DNA of 64,000 bases from Oscillospiraceae bacterium (lineage in GTDB: Bacteria; Bacillota; Clostridia; Oscillospirales; Ruminococcaceae), in contig WRKL01000001.1 in assembly GCA_009778115.1 (NCBI GenBank), forward strand, positions 1-64,000. Direction: 5' to 3'. Below the pieces are notes generated by a model, which was given only the letters and a program-made list of their open reading frames with translations, made no database searches and had not been told where the DNA came from. Shown here piece by piece: positions 48,915 to 59,437 of this stretch (position 1 is its first letter; every line of letters begins with the position of its first letter). A program made the position numbers and the translations under genes.

Positions 48915-50033
48915 CTATTTTTTTATCTTTTTATACGGTTCGTATTCGCGGTTTTGCGCTTCGGCTACTCCTTTGTTTGTTATCCTGCCTTTGTATACAT
49001 TCAAACCCTTCATCAGTGCCGGGTCTGACTTCATGGCTTCTTCCGCACCCATATTCGCTATCTTTAATGCGTAGGGCATGGTGGCGTTGGACAAAGCAAA
49101 GGTTGAAGTCCGCGGAACAGCACCCGGCATATTCGGCACAGAATAATGAACGATTCCGTGCTTGACAAAATACGGATTTTCGTGATTGGTCAGCTGGTCA
49201 ATAGTTTCAATTGAGCCGCCCTGGTCTATTGAAACATCCACCAAAACCGAACCGGGACGCATTTTTTTAATCATATCTTCGGTAACGATTTTAGGCGCTC
49301 TCGCACCCGGAACCAGCACAGCGCCCACTATCAGATCTCCGCCGGTCACGGATTTTTCCACATTGCAGCTGTTGGAGACCAGAGTCACTACGCGGCTGGA
49401 AAGAACATCGTGGATATAAGATAAACGCTCGATAGACAGGTCAATTATAGTTACCCTTGCACCCAAGCCAACTGCCATTTTAGCCGCGTTAATACCGACT
49501 ATTCCACCCCCGATAATAACAACATGACCAGGTGCCACACCCGGAACCCCACCAAGTAGGATGCCGCTGCCCTGATTGGATTTTTGCATTAAATACGCAC
49601 CTACCTGAATCGACATACGCCCGGCAATTTCGCTCATGGGCGCAAGCAAAGGCAGTGTCCCGGATTCTTTTTGCACCGTTTCATACGCTATTGCCGTAAC
49701 CCCGGTTTTCAGCAAGGCATCTGTTTGCCGGGTGTCCGGCGCAAGATGAAGATATGCAAATATTATCTGACCTTCGCGCATCAGCGGATACTCCGGCGGC
49801 AATGGTTCCTTTACTTTGTAGATCATATCAGCGGTTTGGTATATTTCTTCGGGCGTGTTCAGGATTTTCGCTCCTGCTTCTATATACTCTTCATTGGAAA
49901 ATCCGCTTCCGACTCCGGCATTGTTTTGGATATAAACCGTATGCCCCTCAGCGGTAAAGCTTTTCACCCCGGCGGGCAGTATCGCTATTCTGTTCTCAAA
50001 CGCTTTGATTTCTTTCGGAATTCCTACTATCAA
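48915..50033 (-). CDS. ald: Alanine dehydrogenase
   Basis: It is 372 aa. It has a Rossmann GGGIVG motif. The N-terminus MIVGIPKEIKAFENR is typical. Confidence 0.9.
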   Translation of the reverse strand: MIVGIPKEIKAFENRIAILPAGVKSFTAEGHTVYIQNNAGVGSGFSNEEYIEAGAKILNTPEEIYQTADMIYKVKEPLPPEYPLMREGQIIFAYLHLAPDTRQTDALLKTGVTAIAYETVQKESGTLPLLAPMSEIAGRMSIQVGAYLMQKSNQGSGILLGGVPGVAPGHVVIIGGGIVGINAAKMAVGLGARVTIIDLSIERLSYIHDVLSSRVVTLVSNSCNVEKSVTGGDLIVGAVLVPGARAPKIVTEDMIKKMRPGSVLVDVSIDQGGSIETIDQLTNHENPYFVKHGIVHYSVPNMPGAVPRTSTFALSNATMPYALKIANMGAEEAMKSDPALMKGLNVYKGRITNKGVAEAQNREYEPYKKIKK

Positions 50034-50103
50034 AATTTTTCCTTTCTGTTACCCTTTTTACAGCGTAACTCTTAACATTTTTAATTTTTAGAGCAACCGT
50101 CCC

Positions 50104-52371
50104 TTAGTTAGGCACTTGAATCTGACCTCTGCCGCTACAGGAAAAGCAGGTACTTTCGTCTCTGCCGTTGTTACAGGTCGCGCAATAATGCCTTTGATTG
50201 TTGATCATTATATATCCTCTTCCGCTGCAAAGAGCGTGTGTGCGAGATGTAAAGCCGCGGCCGAAACAGCTTCTGCATTGTTCAAACCGGAACTGCGGTG
50301 TTATGGGTGTATTGTTATTATTATTGTTGTTCGGCGGTGTCGTATTTGAATTTGATCCGTTTGACGGCGTTGTTCCGCGGACTGTGACCCGACACCTCCG
50401 GCTCCTCCCGTTCCAGGTAGTTCCCGTGATCACTGCCGTTCCCGGACTGCATCCCGTAACTGTGCCATTGCTTGATACCGTAGCTATCGCGGCATCCGAG
50501 GTCGTCCATGTCACGGTCGCCGGGTTTGTATTGCGCGGGCTCAATGCTGCGCGAAGCTTTACCGTTCCGTTAACATTTATAGGCACTCTTGTTCTGTTGA
50601 GCTTTATGCTTTTCGCAGGCGTACCCACGATTACTCTGCTTAATGCTTTCTTTTTTCCGTCTTTTGTAGTGACCGTTATAATCGCCGCTCCTCTTTTTCT
50701 TGCGGTTATTCTTCCCTTTTTTGTGACAGATACTACTTTCGGATTGCTGGATTTCCAGGTGACATTCCGGTTTTTCGCATTGGACGGTGATATAGCCGCA
50801 TTCAATTGAAATTTTTCTCTTCTCGAGAGAACAAGTGAAGAACGATTCAACTGCACGGACTTTACCTTGATCACGCTGAAACGCGCCTGCAATTTATCCG
50901 ATTGAATCGCATTGAAAGCGTAGGATGTACTAGATGAAACTTTAGTTTTTCCGCGAAACCAGCCGTCAAAGGCATAACCTTTGTTCGCCGTTGCTCTGAG
51001 CGTAACACGCGTTCCGTGGTTAAATGTACCGCCGCCGGAAACTTTTCCGTTTTTTCCCGAAGCCGCGGTTATGCTGTAGCGCCGTAAAACAAAACGGGCG
51101 TTAAGCGTTCTTGCGGCAGTCGCATTAAAACTGTAGACACTGTTCGCGGAAACACGCGAGCCACCCGAATACCAGCCATCAAAATTATATCCCGCATATG
51201 CGACCGCTCGCAGTGAAACATTGGCATTGTGATTATAAGTACCGCTTCCGAAAGCAACGCCGCCTGTTCCGGATGCCGCGGTTATTGTATAACGTTTCAA
51301 ATTAAACCGCGCCTGTATGGTTGCATTTACGGTCGAAGTAAAGCTGAACGGATTGTTTACGCTGACCCTTGTGCTTCCTACATACCAGCCGTCAAAATTA
51401 TATCCCGTATTCGGAGTTGCCTGCAATGTCGCTCCTGCGCCGGAGTCGATTTGTATATTATTGCCTGAGGTACCGGAAATAGACGCAGAACCTCCTGCGG
51501 CAGCCGTTACCGTTACCGTTATCTTTTCAGCTATGATTCTATAGTTTATTCCTTGGTTTACCGCAGTTTGATGCGCGGTTGAATTTTCAGGACATAAGAT
51601 GATAAGATTATCGCAATTTTCAAACGACGGATCTCCGCCGATATAAGTGACACTTCGGGGTATGGTCAGTTCGGTCAGCGCCGCACACCCGCTAAATGCC
51701 CATAAATTAATACGGGTTACACCGGATGGCACAACATATGAACCGGATTTCCCTGCCGGATACTGTACAATGTACGTTTTATTTTTATTAAATAATACAC
51801 CGTTTTCGCTCGTGTAATTCGGATTATCGGAAGCAACATTTATTGTCGTCAGCAGCTCGCACTTGGCAAATGCTCCCGCGCCGATATTGGTTAAAAAAGC
51901 CGGAATTGTTACCGTAGTAATTTTAGTGTTCTCAAACACGTTTTGACCGATCCAGGTCACGGAAACCGGGATATTTATGCTTGCAAGATTTGTGTTCCAA
52001 AACGCAAAATTCCCGATTGTCTCCAGCGAATCAGACAACGTCACACTCGTGAGCATACTGCAATAACCAAAAGCAGAGCTGCCAATTTCAATAACGCTGT
52101 TCGGAATAACCACACCTGTCACGGTCTCATTCATCCGAAAAGCACTGCTTCCGATTACCCTTACGGGAAATCCGCCAAGTGAACCGGGCAAATTAATATT
52201 CCCGCCGATTCCGTTGTATTTGGTGATCGTTGCCGCACCGTTAGAAACGGTATACTCATAATCGCCTTCCGTCAGCGTGTTTGCGGTTACGGTTACATTC
52301 GCGGTCACAGAAACCGACAGTACAAACAACAGTGCCAGACCGGCGGCAAAAACTCTCTTTAATACTCTCAT
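50104..52371 (-). CDS. Secreted multidomain surface protein. Domains are BspA-type leucine-rich repeats, 3x Listeria-Bacteroides (InlB B-like, GYxFDGWY) repeats, 2x Big_2 Ig-like domains, a poly-Asn linker, and a C-terminal CxxCxGxG zinc-finger-like module.
   Basis: There is a signal peptide. LRR consensus is seen (SAF..C..L..V.IP.SVT.IG). GYNFDGWY recurs three times. Big_2-like blocks are present. The C-terminus reads CRSCFGRG...CATCNNGRDESTCFSCSGRG. Confidence 0.7.
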   Translation of the reverse strand: MRVLKRVFAAGLALLFVLSVSVTANVTVTANTLTEGDYEYTVSNGAATITKYNGIGGNINLPGSLGGFPVRVIGSSAFRMNETVTGVVIPNSVIEIGSSAFGYCSMLTSVTLSDSLETIGNFAFWNTNLASINIPVSVTWIGQNVFENTKITTVTIPAFLTNIGAGAFAKCELLTTINVASDNPNYTSENGVLFNKNKTYIVQYPAGKSGSYVVPSGVTRINLWAFSGCAALTELTIPRSVTYIGGDPSFENCDNLIILCPENSTAHQTAVNQGINYRIIAEKITVTVTAAAGGSASISGTSGNNIQIDSGAGATLQATPNTGYNFDGWYVGSTRVSVNNPFSFTSTVNATIQARFNLKRYTITAASGTGGVAFGSGTYNHNANVSLRAVAYAGYNFDGWYSGGSRVSANSVYSFNATAARTLNARFVLRRYSITAASGKNGKVSGGGTFNHGTRVTLRATANKGYAFDGWFRGKTKVSSSTSYAFNAIQSDKLQARFSVIKVKSVQLNRSSLVLSRREKFQLNAAISPSNAKNRNVTWKSSNPKVVSVTKKGRITARKRGAAIITVTTKDGKKKALSRVIVGTPAKSIKLNRTRVPINVNGTVKLRAALSPRNTNPATVTWTTSDAAIATVSSNGTVTGCSPGTAVITGTTWNGRSRRCRVTVRGTTPSNGSNSNTTPPNNNNNNNTPITPQFRFEQCRSCFGRGFTSRTHALCSGRGYIMINNQRHYCATCNNGRDESTCFSCSGRGQIQVPN

Positions 52372-52440
52372 ATTCTCTCAAACTTCTCCTTTTTATAATT
52401 TATTTAAAAACGGAATAAAGCCGATACTTAGTACAAGACC

Positions 52441-54207
52441 TTATCCTCCAAAGTACGAGAAGTGCATATAATCGGAAAAAGATGCGCCCCAAAGGAAACC
52501 GTATTTTCGCATAGTACGCACGACCACGCCGTTTGTTTTCATGGAGTAGGGATTTTTCCCCGGTTTCCAGAATGAACCGACCACGCCGGGCATATAATTT
52601 TCGTTGGGATTAATGTCAATCGCAACCCCCATTTTATGTTTAGAGGTTGAATTATCACCTCTCCACGAATATCCCCCTATGTCCTTAATCGGGAATTTTT
52701 CTTTCCCTCTATAAATCTCCCTGAATATCTGGCGTACCGTTGGTGCTATCTTTTTATGCACCGTCAGCCATCTGTTTTTAGTAATTTTTCGTCCGCCGGC
52801 TCCGAAGTCCCAAACCCGGATCGAAATATTTACCATGTTTTTTTTAGCCGCTGTATCCGATGGATAATGCCCGTATTTCCTTTTTCCGAAAATTCGTCTC
52901 GTTTTTCTTTTCCAGCTTTCCGCGGCATAGCCGTAATTATCCATTACACGGGTTTTTGCTTTGGATATGTCGCCCAGCAGCCGTCCGCTTTTCAGGGTTG
53001 TATACGCAACAATTCTATAATGATAAAATATACCGTTGGTCAAGCGGCTTACAGTCAGGCTCTTTTTTGATTTGCCTTTTATTGTTTTTATTTGCTTGAA
53101 TTTCCCGTTATCAGCCGCTCTGTAAATGATGTACCCCTGCGCTTTGGGTACCTGTGTCCATGTCAAACGTACAGTATCCGGTTTTAAGCGTTTAATGTTT
53201 TTTATTGAAGGGGCAGTTAGGGTGACTACAACCGATTTTTCACGGGAATATGCTCCATATCCATATTCTGTCCCCGCAACAGTAAAGGGACGGATGCGGT
53301 AATAATATCTTTCTCCGAGTTTTCGTCCAACATCGTTGTAGGATTTTGCCTTATTGTTTGTTGTATGGATTACCTTGAAATCACTGTTTGACTTTGCAGA
53401 GCGTTCAATAACATATCCCTGCGCCCCGGCTACCGTATTCCACTTGATATTAACCGTTTTTTCGTTCCAAGAGGAAACCGACGATTCAACCTTGGCAAAA
53501 GGGATATGAACCATAATTATATTGGAAAAAGAACCGAATGTTTTTTGTGTTTCCGAACCGGTCTCAAATTCAACATAAGCCCGAACCCGGTAATAATATT
53601 TAATTCCGTGTTTCAGGTCTGCATCGTCAAATGAAGTGCTGTTTTTACCTTGGGAATCAAATATGGTTTTATATTCTATGTCAGAATTGACGGAACGCTC
53701 CAAAACATAACCATCCGCCCCGTCAATTTCACTCCATACGATCTCTGCATTGTTTGCTTCTATAAAAAATCTCAGCGTTGTTTGCCCGAGGGGAATCACC
53801 GCGCTCAGTACATCAGAAAATTCGCCGTATATAATACTGCGGTTATACCGTCCATCAATATTTTCCATGTACATATATGCGCGTATTTTATAATAATACC
53901 TAATGTTAACGCTCACATCATCGTCATAATAAGAATCATAGCCGCTGTAAATATCATCCAGCAGAATAAAATTCCCATTTTCGCCGGCGGAACGGTATAA
54001 TTCATAACCATCAACCGAAGGGATACTTTCCCAGCTAACAGTTATTCCCCGATTGTCTGCCGAAGCTACGGATACAAGCCGCACTTTCGGCGGTACCACC
54101 GCAGAAGCCCGCACAGCTAAAATCAACGCTCCTTGCAAAAAAAGCAGGAAAAATATTGCAATAAACAGCATATACTTAAAAAGAGTGTGTTTTATTATAT
54201 TTTTCAT
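52441..54207 (-). CDS. Secreted cell-wall hydrolase with four FN3-like repeats and a C-terminal M15-family (VanY/D-Ala-D-Ala carboxypeptidase-like) zinc peptidase domain
   Basis: There is a signal peptide. The repeats are GYELYRS, GYVLERS, GYVIERS and GYIIYRA. The C-terminus has HKMGVAIDIN and DYMHFSY, which are M15 metal ligands. Confidence 0.65.
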   Translation of the reverse strand: MKNIIKHTLFKYMLFIAIFFLLFLQGALILAVRASAVVPPKVRLVSVASADNRGITVSWESIPSVDGYELYRSAGENGNFILLDDIYSGYDSYYDDDVSVNIRYYYKIRAYMYMENIDGRYNRSIIYGEFSDVLSAVIPLGQTTLRFFIEANNAEIVWSEIDGADGYVLERSVNSDIEYKTIFDSQGKNSTSFDDADLKHGIKYYYRVRAYVEFETGSETQKTFGSFSNIIMVHIPFAKVESSVSSWNEKTVNIKWNTVAGAQGYVIERSAKSNSDFKVIHTTNNKAKSYNDVGRKLGERYYYRIRPFTVAGTEYGYGAYSREKSVVVTLTAPSIKNIKRLKPDTVRLTWTQVPKAQGYIIYRAADNGKFKQIKTIKGKSKKSLTVSRLTNGIFYHYRIVAYTTLKSGRLLGDISKAKTRVMDNYGYAAESWKRKTRRIFGKRKYGHYPSDTAAKKNMVNISIRVWDFGAGGRKITKNRWLTVHKKIAPTVRQIFREIYRGKEKFPIKDIGGYSWRGDNSTSKHKMGVAIDINPNENYMPGVVGSFWKPGKNPYSMKTNGVVVRTMRKYGFLWGASFSDYMHFSYFGG

Positions 54208-54249
54208 ATGAAATTCATTCTGCCTTTTTATCGGGGGCGGACAGTACTT

Positions 54250-55251
54250 TTAATTTGATGTGATTAATTCCACAAAGATATCCGCTATTGCCGGATCAAA
54301 ATGTTTACCCGATTCTTTGCCGATGATTTTAACCGCTTCATCTTTGCTCAACTCTTTTTTATAAGGACGTTCGGAGATAAGCGCATCATATACATCCACA
54401 ACCGCAAGGACACGCCCGTGCAAAGGTATGTCCGTTCCCTGCAGACCGTACGGGTATCCTTTTCCGTCCCAGCGTTCATGATGAAAACCGGCAAACAACA
54501 TAGCGTTATGCAAAAAACGCTCGTCACCGGTTTTACTTATTATCTGGTTTATTATTTGCTCGCCCTCATAAACATGGGTTTTCATTATCTCATATTCATC
54601 GGCGGTAAACACTCCGGGTTTATTTAGGATCGAATCGGGTATTCTAACCTTGCCTATATCATGCAAACGTGTCGAACCGGCAAGAAAGGATATATCCATC
54701 GTTTCCAGTTCTTCTTTGTATACGCCTTTCTCTTTCATCGCTTCCAAAAGTTTTTCGCAATAACGCATTGTGTTTTCAACGTGTCCGCCTGTGACATGAT
54801 CCCGCCTTTCGATAATATCAGCCAAAACCGAAATGATCGCGTTTTTCATGGCTTCGAGTTTTTCGGATCTTTCGCGGACAATGCTGTCTATGTGCAGATG
54901 AGTTCTTACACGGTTAAAAAGAATCGGCGCGGAAAACGGTTTGTGGATAAAGTCCACCACACCGAGTTCAAAACCTTTAACTTCCGTGGATGTATCACCC
55001 TTACCCGTTAAAAATATAACCGGGATGTTTTTATAATCCTCGTATGATTTAAGCAGTCTGAGCGTGTCAAAGCCGTCCATACAAGGCATTTTTATATCCA
55101 GCAAAATCAAATCCGGTTTAGTATCTTCGAGCATAAGAAACAATTTTTCAGCGGATGGTAAAGCTATGGCATTGTAGTGTTCTTCCAAAACGTGTTTAGC
55201 CATAGCCAAATTTGTACCGTTATCGTCAACTATAAAAATCGTTTTTTTCAT
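54250..55251 (-). CDS. Response regulator with a REC domain fused to an HD-GYP c-di-GMP phosphodiesterase domain
   Basis: REC motifs are IVDDN and DLILLDIKMP. HD-GYP motifs are HDIGK and FHHERWDGKGYPYGL. Confidence 0.85.
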   Translation of the reverse strand: MKKTIFIVDDNGTNLAMAKHVLEEHYNAIALPSAEKLFLMLEDTKPDLILLDIKMPCMDGFDTLRLLKSYEDYKNIPVIFLTGKGDTSTEVKGFELGVVDFIHKPFSAPILFNRVRTHLHIDSIVRERSEKLEAMKNAIISVLADIIERRDHVTGGHVENTMRYCEKLLEAMKEKGVYKEELETMDISFLAGSTRLHDIGKVRIPDSILNKPGVFTADEYEIMKTHVYEGEQIINQIISKTGDERFLHNAMLFAGFHHERWDGKGYPYGLQGTDIPLHGRVLAVVDVYDALISERPYKKELSKDEAVKIIGKESGKHFDPAIADIFVELITSN

Positions 55252-55435
55252 ATACCGTCCCCATTCCCGACAGAAGACAAAAACCGCGGGGTGTTTTAAT
55301 AAAATTTGCCTCCTGAAGCTTCCTTATTATATGAACGTTCCCTTACACCGAACACTTTATTAGAATTCCGGTGTAAGGGATGATGAGATCATAACATCAA
55401 TAACGTTCTGGATGTAACAATGCTATTTAAAACGT

Positions 55436-55478
55436 TTCCTGTTCAACAGGTTCAACAGGTTCAACAGGTTCCAACAGG
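55436..55478. repeat. Tandem 9-mer (CAACAGGTT x4.5) immediately 3' of the MCP stop
   Basis: The sequence is CCTGTTCAACAGGTTCAACAGGTTCAACAGGTTCCAACAGG. Confidence 0.8.
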
Positions 55479-55483
55479 ATTTT

Positions 55484-57328
55484 TTAATACTTGCTTCCTC
55501 CTCTTGGAGCCCCGAAATCATACGATGCTATTTCCGGCGGTTCATTTGCTGCCGGTGCGGATTCAGAAACGGCTGCTGCTGAGAGGGATGCCGCATTCTT
55601 TGTGGAATCCTTAAGTTTAAATTGCTTCACAAGATTTTCCAGCGTATCTACCTGTGCGCTCATTTCTTCAGCCGACGCGGCACTTTCCTGAGCGGTCGCA
55701 CTGTTTTGCTGGACGACCTGGGTGACTTGATCTATACCAATATTGATCTGAGATATAGCACTGGACTGGTCATTGGAGGATTTCGAAATTTCGGTAACGA
55801 TTTCTGCGCTGTCGTTAATACCTTCCACAATCTTTTTGAGGGATTCGGATGTATCCTTGGCTATATTAAGACCAAGATGCGCTTTTTCAACCGAGTTTTC
55901 GATAAGTCCGCCGGTATTTTTCGCAGCTTCCGCACTCTTGGATGCAAGATTACGAACTTCATCCGCAACTACCGCGAAACCTTTACCCGCCGCGCCTGCT
56001 CTTGCGGCCTCTACCGCCGCGTTGAGCGCAAGGATGTTGGTCTGGAACGCTATATCATCAATAACCTTGATAACCTTTTCGATTTGGCCGCTCGCTTCGT
56101 TGATTTCTTCGATAGCTTTCATCATTTCGTCCATTTCGCCGCTTCCTCTTTCGGCATTGAGTTTGATTTCATCCGCAAGACTCGAGGCTTTATCCGCCAT
56201 GACAGCGTTTTCTTTGGTTTTTTCGGATATGCTTGAAATGGAACTGCTGAGTTCTTCAACCGAAGCCGCCTGCTCGGTAGAGCCCTGTGCCAGTGATTGC
56301 GCTCCGTCTGCTATTTGCTTGGAGCCAATGGCAACCTGTGTAGTGGCGGAATTTATTTGACTTAAAGTAGAATCGAGGTCATTGTTCATCTTTCTCAGGG
56401 ATACACCCAGGGTATCTTGTTCGGACGTGACCGAAATATCATTCGACAGATCGCCTTTTGCAACCGTTCCAAGTTCATCGGCAATTTCGGAAATACGATT
56501 GATGAACGCTGCGGTCGAAGATATGCACTGACCAACTTCATCTTTAATCTGTGCGTATTTTCCTATGACAACTTTATCGTCTTCTCTCAGGGTAATGTCG
56601 CCGGTAGCGGCTGCTTTTTTCATAAAGGTTGTAAGAACCGCCATGGGTTTGCTGATAAGACCCGAAATATACAACGATATAATCAGGGATACAGCGATAC
56701 ATATTGCTAAAACAACAATAATTACTATTAAGAGCATTTGGAACAACTGTGTCGAAGCTACATTAGCCGCATCCGCATCTTCAACTTTTATTGTCATACA
56801 GTCGTTAAGGTTATCTATAACTTTATTGATTCCTGCGGTCAGCGTGTACATATCTTCTTTCAAGTCGTCTTGTGAAACGTTATTCTTCGCATTTGCTAAG
56901 ATTCTTTCCAGCCCCGGCCTGAATTCTTCATTATATGTCTTGATAGCCTCATCGTATAGTTCAATGTTTTTTTGCGTGCTTTCCGATACTTTTTTCTTTG
57001 CAATATATTCGTCAAGATTTGTTTTGTAGTCCACCATTATCTTTTCAAACTCAGTAAACTCTCTTTTCATGTTGCCTTCAACATTAGCCAATTCCTCAGC
57101 ATCGCCGGCGTACAGAATAGTTTGGCGGACTTCCACGCGCAACTGCTGCGCATATACCAAAGCTGCGGAAATTTCGGCAAGAGGTTCCGTTTGATAGACG
57201 TACATATCTTCCGCGGATGTGTTGATCTGCAGCATACCAATGATTCCTACTGCGCCCACAATGACGCTCAGAATAATGGCAATCATAAAGCCTACTATCA
57301 ACTTCATTGATATTTTCATGTTTTTCAT
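55484..57328 (-). CDS. Methyl-accepting chemotaxis protein (TM, sensor, TM, HAMP and MA signalling domains)
   Basis: It has two TM segments, a HAMP domain, and the conserved MCP signalling hairpin region ([32 protein letters not shown]). Confidence 0.85.
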   Translation of the reverse strand: MKNMKISMKLIVGFMIAIILSVIVGAVGIIGMLQINTSAEDMYVYQTEPLAEISAALVYAQQLRVEVRQTILYAGDAEELANVEGNMKREFTEFEKIMVDYKTNLDEYIAKKKVSESTQKNIELYDEAIKTYNEEFRPGLERILANAKNNVSQDDLKEDMYTLTAGINKVIDNLNDCMTIKVEDADAANVASTQLFQMLLIVIIVVLAICIAVSLIISLYISGLISKPMAVLTTFMKKAAATGDITLREDDKVVIGKYAQIKDEVGQCISSTAAFINRISEIADELGTVAKGDLSNDISVTSEQDTLGVSLRKMNNDLDSTLSQINSATTQVAIGSKQIADGAQSLAQGSTEQAASVEELSSSISSISEKTKENAVMADKASSLADEIKLNAERGSGEMDEMMKAIEEINEASGQIEKVIKVIDDIAFQTNILALNAAVEAARAGAAGKGFAVVADEVRNLASKSAEAAKNTGGLIENSVEKAHLGLNIAKDTSESLKKIVEGINDSAEIVTEISKSSNDQSSAISQINIGIDQVTQVVQQNSATAQESAASAEEMSAQVDTLENLVKQFKLKDSTKNAASLSAAAVSESAPAANEPPEIASYDFGAPRGGSKY

Positions 57329-57503
57329 TTTTTTCTTTCTCCTTACTGCCTTTTGTTATTTATTTTGTTTTTTTGCCTGACATTAATTATATAGATGTTT
57401 CCGGTCATATTCAACACCTGAAATAATAGTTAATTAACATTTTTTATAACCACTAAAAACAGGTTTTTGTTTTCGCAAAACACCCCCTAAAAATATTTCG
57501 TCC

Positions 57504-57896
57504 CTAATCAAAGTTATTATTATCGCCGTTTTTCCATATCATTTCGAATATTTCAGCGATCCGTTCATTTTTACCCTCCAGCTTCAAATATCCAAAAACC
57601 GCTTCCAGTCCGGTGGCGGTTCTGTATTTTGCCGGAGTTGAATTTTTCGGAACGGTACTGCCGTTGGCGTTACGCCCCCGGCGGAATATATCCAATTCTT
57701 CGGCTGTTAAAAATAACTCGATAGTCCGAAATGCTTTCGCCTGCGCATCGGAACACACATACTTCACTGCCGCGCTATGCAATTTCGAAACCGGCATATC
57801 GCCGCCGGACACTATTTTCTCACGCACCAGCAACTCAAAAACCGAATCACCCAGAAACGCCAATGTGAGCGGACTAAAATTTTTATGTTTATTCAC
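57504..57896 (-). CDS. mrnC: Mini-ribonuclease 3 (Mini-III, 23S rRNA maturation)
   Basis: LAFLGDSVFELLVRE is the RNase III-like catalytic block. It is 130 aa. It sits upstream of obg. Confidence 0.8.
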   Translation of the reverse strand: MNKHKNFSPLTLAFLGDSVFELLVREKIVSGGDMPVSKLHSAAVKYVCSDAQAKAFRTIELFLTAEELDIFRRGRNANGSTVPKNSTPAKYRTATGLEAVFGYLKLEGKNERIAEIFEMIWKNGDNNNFD

Positions 57897-57900
57897 AATA

Positions 57901-59163
57901 TTAATACCTGTAATTAAATTCCAATCCCATTATATTAACCACTTCACCGTCTTCAATTCCCATTTCTTCTAATTTATCTATAATCCCACTCGAGCGCAGA
58001 ACACGCTGGAAGTATTGGAGTGACTCGTAATCGTCAATATTCACCGAATGAAGAACGGGTTCAAGCCACGGCGCATCCACAACATAAATGTCGCCTTCAC
58101 GGGTAACGTTAAACATTCGCCCGTTTTCCGGAGCCGGCGGGACATATTCTACAGCGAAAGGTTTCGGCGCAGGCAGTTCGGATAATTTTTGGTATATTAC
58201 ATTAACAAGCTCCCGGATTCCGGCTGAGGTCGCGGCGGAAATCGTATATAGCTGCTGATTTTTGTTTTCAATATACTTTGTGAAAGCGGTTATACTTTCG
58301 CTGTCAGCTATATCGCATTTATTGCCTACCACGATTTGCGGCCGTTCGGCAAGTTCGGGATTAAAGTTTTTCAATTCCTGCAAGACGGCTTCATAGTCAT
58401 TGCAAGGATCACGCCCCTCGTGTCCGGATATATCTACCAGATGCACGATAAGCCGGCAACGCTCTATGTGGCGCAAGAACCGGTGTCCCAATCCTGCCCC
58501 CTCACTCGCTCCTTTTATTAGCCCGGGTATGTCCGCCATCACAAAAGAGCGTTCTTCTCCTACCCGAACCACACCCAGAGCTGGGGAAAGTGTAGTAAAG
58601 TGATAATTCGCGATCTTAGGTCTGGCCGCGCTTACCGCCGAAATAAGGGTAGACTTTCCGGCGTTCGGAAAACCCACTATGCCCGCATCCGCAAGCAGTT
58701 TTAGTTCCAATATCAATTCAAATTCTTCGCCCGGATAACCCGGTTTCGCAAATCTCGGAGCTTGACGTGTCGGTGTTGCGAATTTCGCATTACCTTTTCC
58801 GCCTTGTCCGCCATGCGCAATAATGACCGGCTCATCCGTAGATATGTCGGCCATAATCATTTTGCTTTCGGCTTCTTTGACCAGAACTCCGGGCGGAACC
58901 TTTATAATCAAATCGTCTCCGCTTTTGCCCGTTTTGTTTGAGTTTCCGCCTCTTTCGCCGTTTTTCGCGAAAAATGTTTTTTTGTATTGAAAGTCTGTAA
59001 GTGTAGAAAGGTTACTGTCGGCGATTATTATAATATTTCCGCCTTTTCCGCCGTCGCCGCCGTTCGGTCCGCCCGCCGGAACATATTTTTCCCGCCGGAA
59101 TGAAACCGCGCCATCGCCGCCGTCGCCCGCTTTTACCTTTATTTTTGCAACATCAATAAACAT
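57901..59163 (-). CDS. obg: GTPase Obg
   Basis: The Obg fold N-terminus is MFIDVAKIKVKAGDGGDGAVSFRREK. The G domain has GFPNAGKST. The start is set at the MFIDV Met, trimmed from the track ORF's 59232. Confidence 0.9.
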   Translation of the reverse strand: MFIDVAKIKVKAGDGGDGAVSFRREKYVPAGGPNGGDGGKGGNIIIIADSNLSTLTDFQYKKTFFAKNGERGGNSNKTGKSGDDLIIKVPPGVLVKEAESKMIMADISTDEPVIIAHGGQGGKGNAKFATPTRQAPRFAKPGYPGEEFELILELKLLADAGIVGFPNAGKSTLISAVSAARPKIANYHFTTLSPALGVVRVGEERSFVMADIPGLIKGASEGAGLGHRFLRHIERCRLIVHLVDISGHEGRDPCNDYEAVLQELKNFNPELAERPQIVVGNKCDIADSESITAFTKYIENKNQQLYTISAATSAGIRELVNVIYQKLSELPAPKPFAVEYVPPAPENGRMFNVTREGDIYVVDAPWLEPVLHSVNIDDYESLQYFQRVLRSSGIIDKLEEMGIEDGEVVNIMGLEFNYRY

Positions 59164-59176
59164 ACTTATCCAAAAC

Positions 59177-59437
59177 CTAAATTCCCGCGCTATACACGCT
59201 GACCTTTTTCCGGCTTGCACCCATACGCTCATATTTTACTTTTCCGTCAATTTTTGCAAACAGCGTATCGTCCGAACCTCGTCCTACGTTTACTCCGGGA
59301 TGAATTTTCGTGCCGCGCTGACGTACCAAAATATTCCCCGCCAACACATACTGACCGTCCGCTCTTTTGGCTCCCAGCCTTTTGGATGTGCTGTCACGTC
59401 CGTTTCGCGTGGAACCCATACCTTTTTTATGCGCCAT
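59177..59437 (-). CDS. rpmA: 50S ribosomal protein L27, with no N-terminal propeptide
   Basis: [16 protein letters not shown]...[12 protein letters not shown] matches the L27 signature. A GGAGG RBS precedes it. The start is trimmed from the track ORF. Confidence 0.9.
   Translation of the reverse strand: MAHKKGMGSTRNGRDSTSKRLGAKRADGQYVLAGNILVRQRGTKIHPGVNVGRGSDDTLFAKIDGKVKYERMGASRKKVSVYSAGI

Noticed and set aside
55420-55614. ORF 'MLFKTFPVQQVQQVQQV...' on the plus strand
   Set aside because: It is an artefact of translating the 9-bp tandem repeat. It overlaps the MCP 3' end on the opposite strand.
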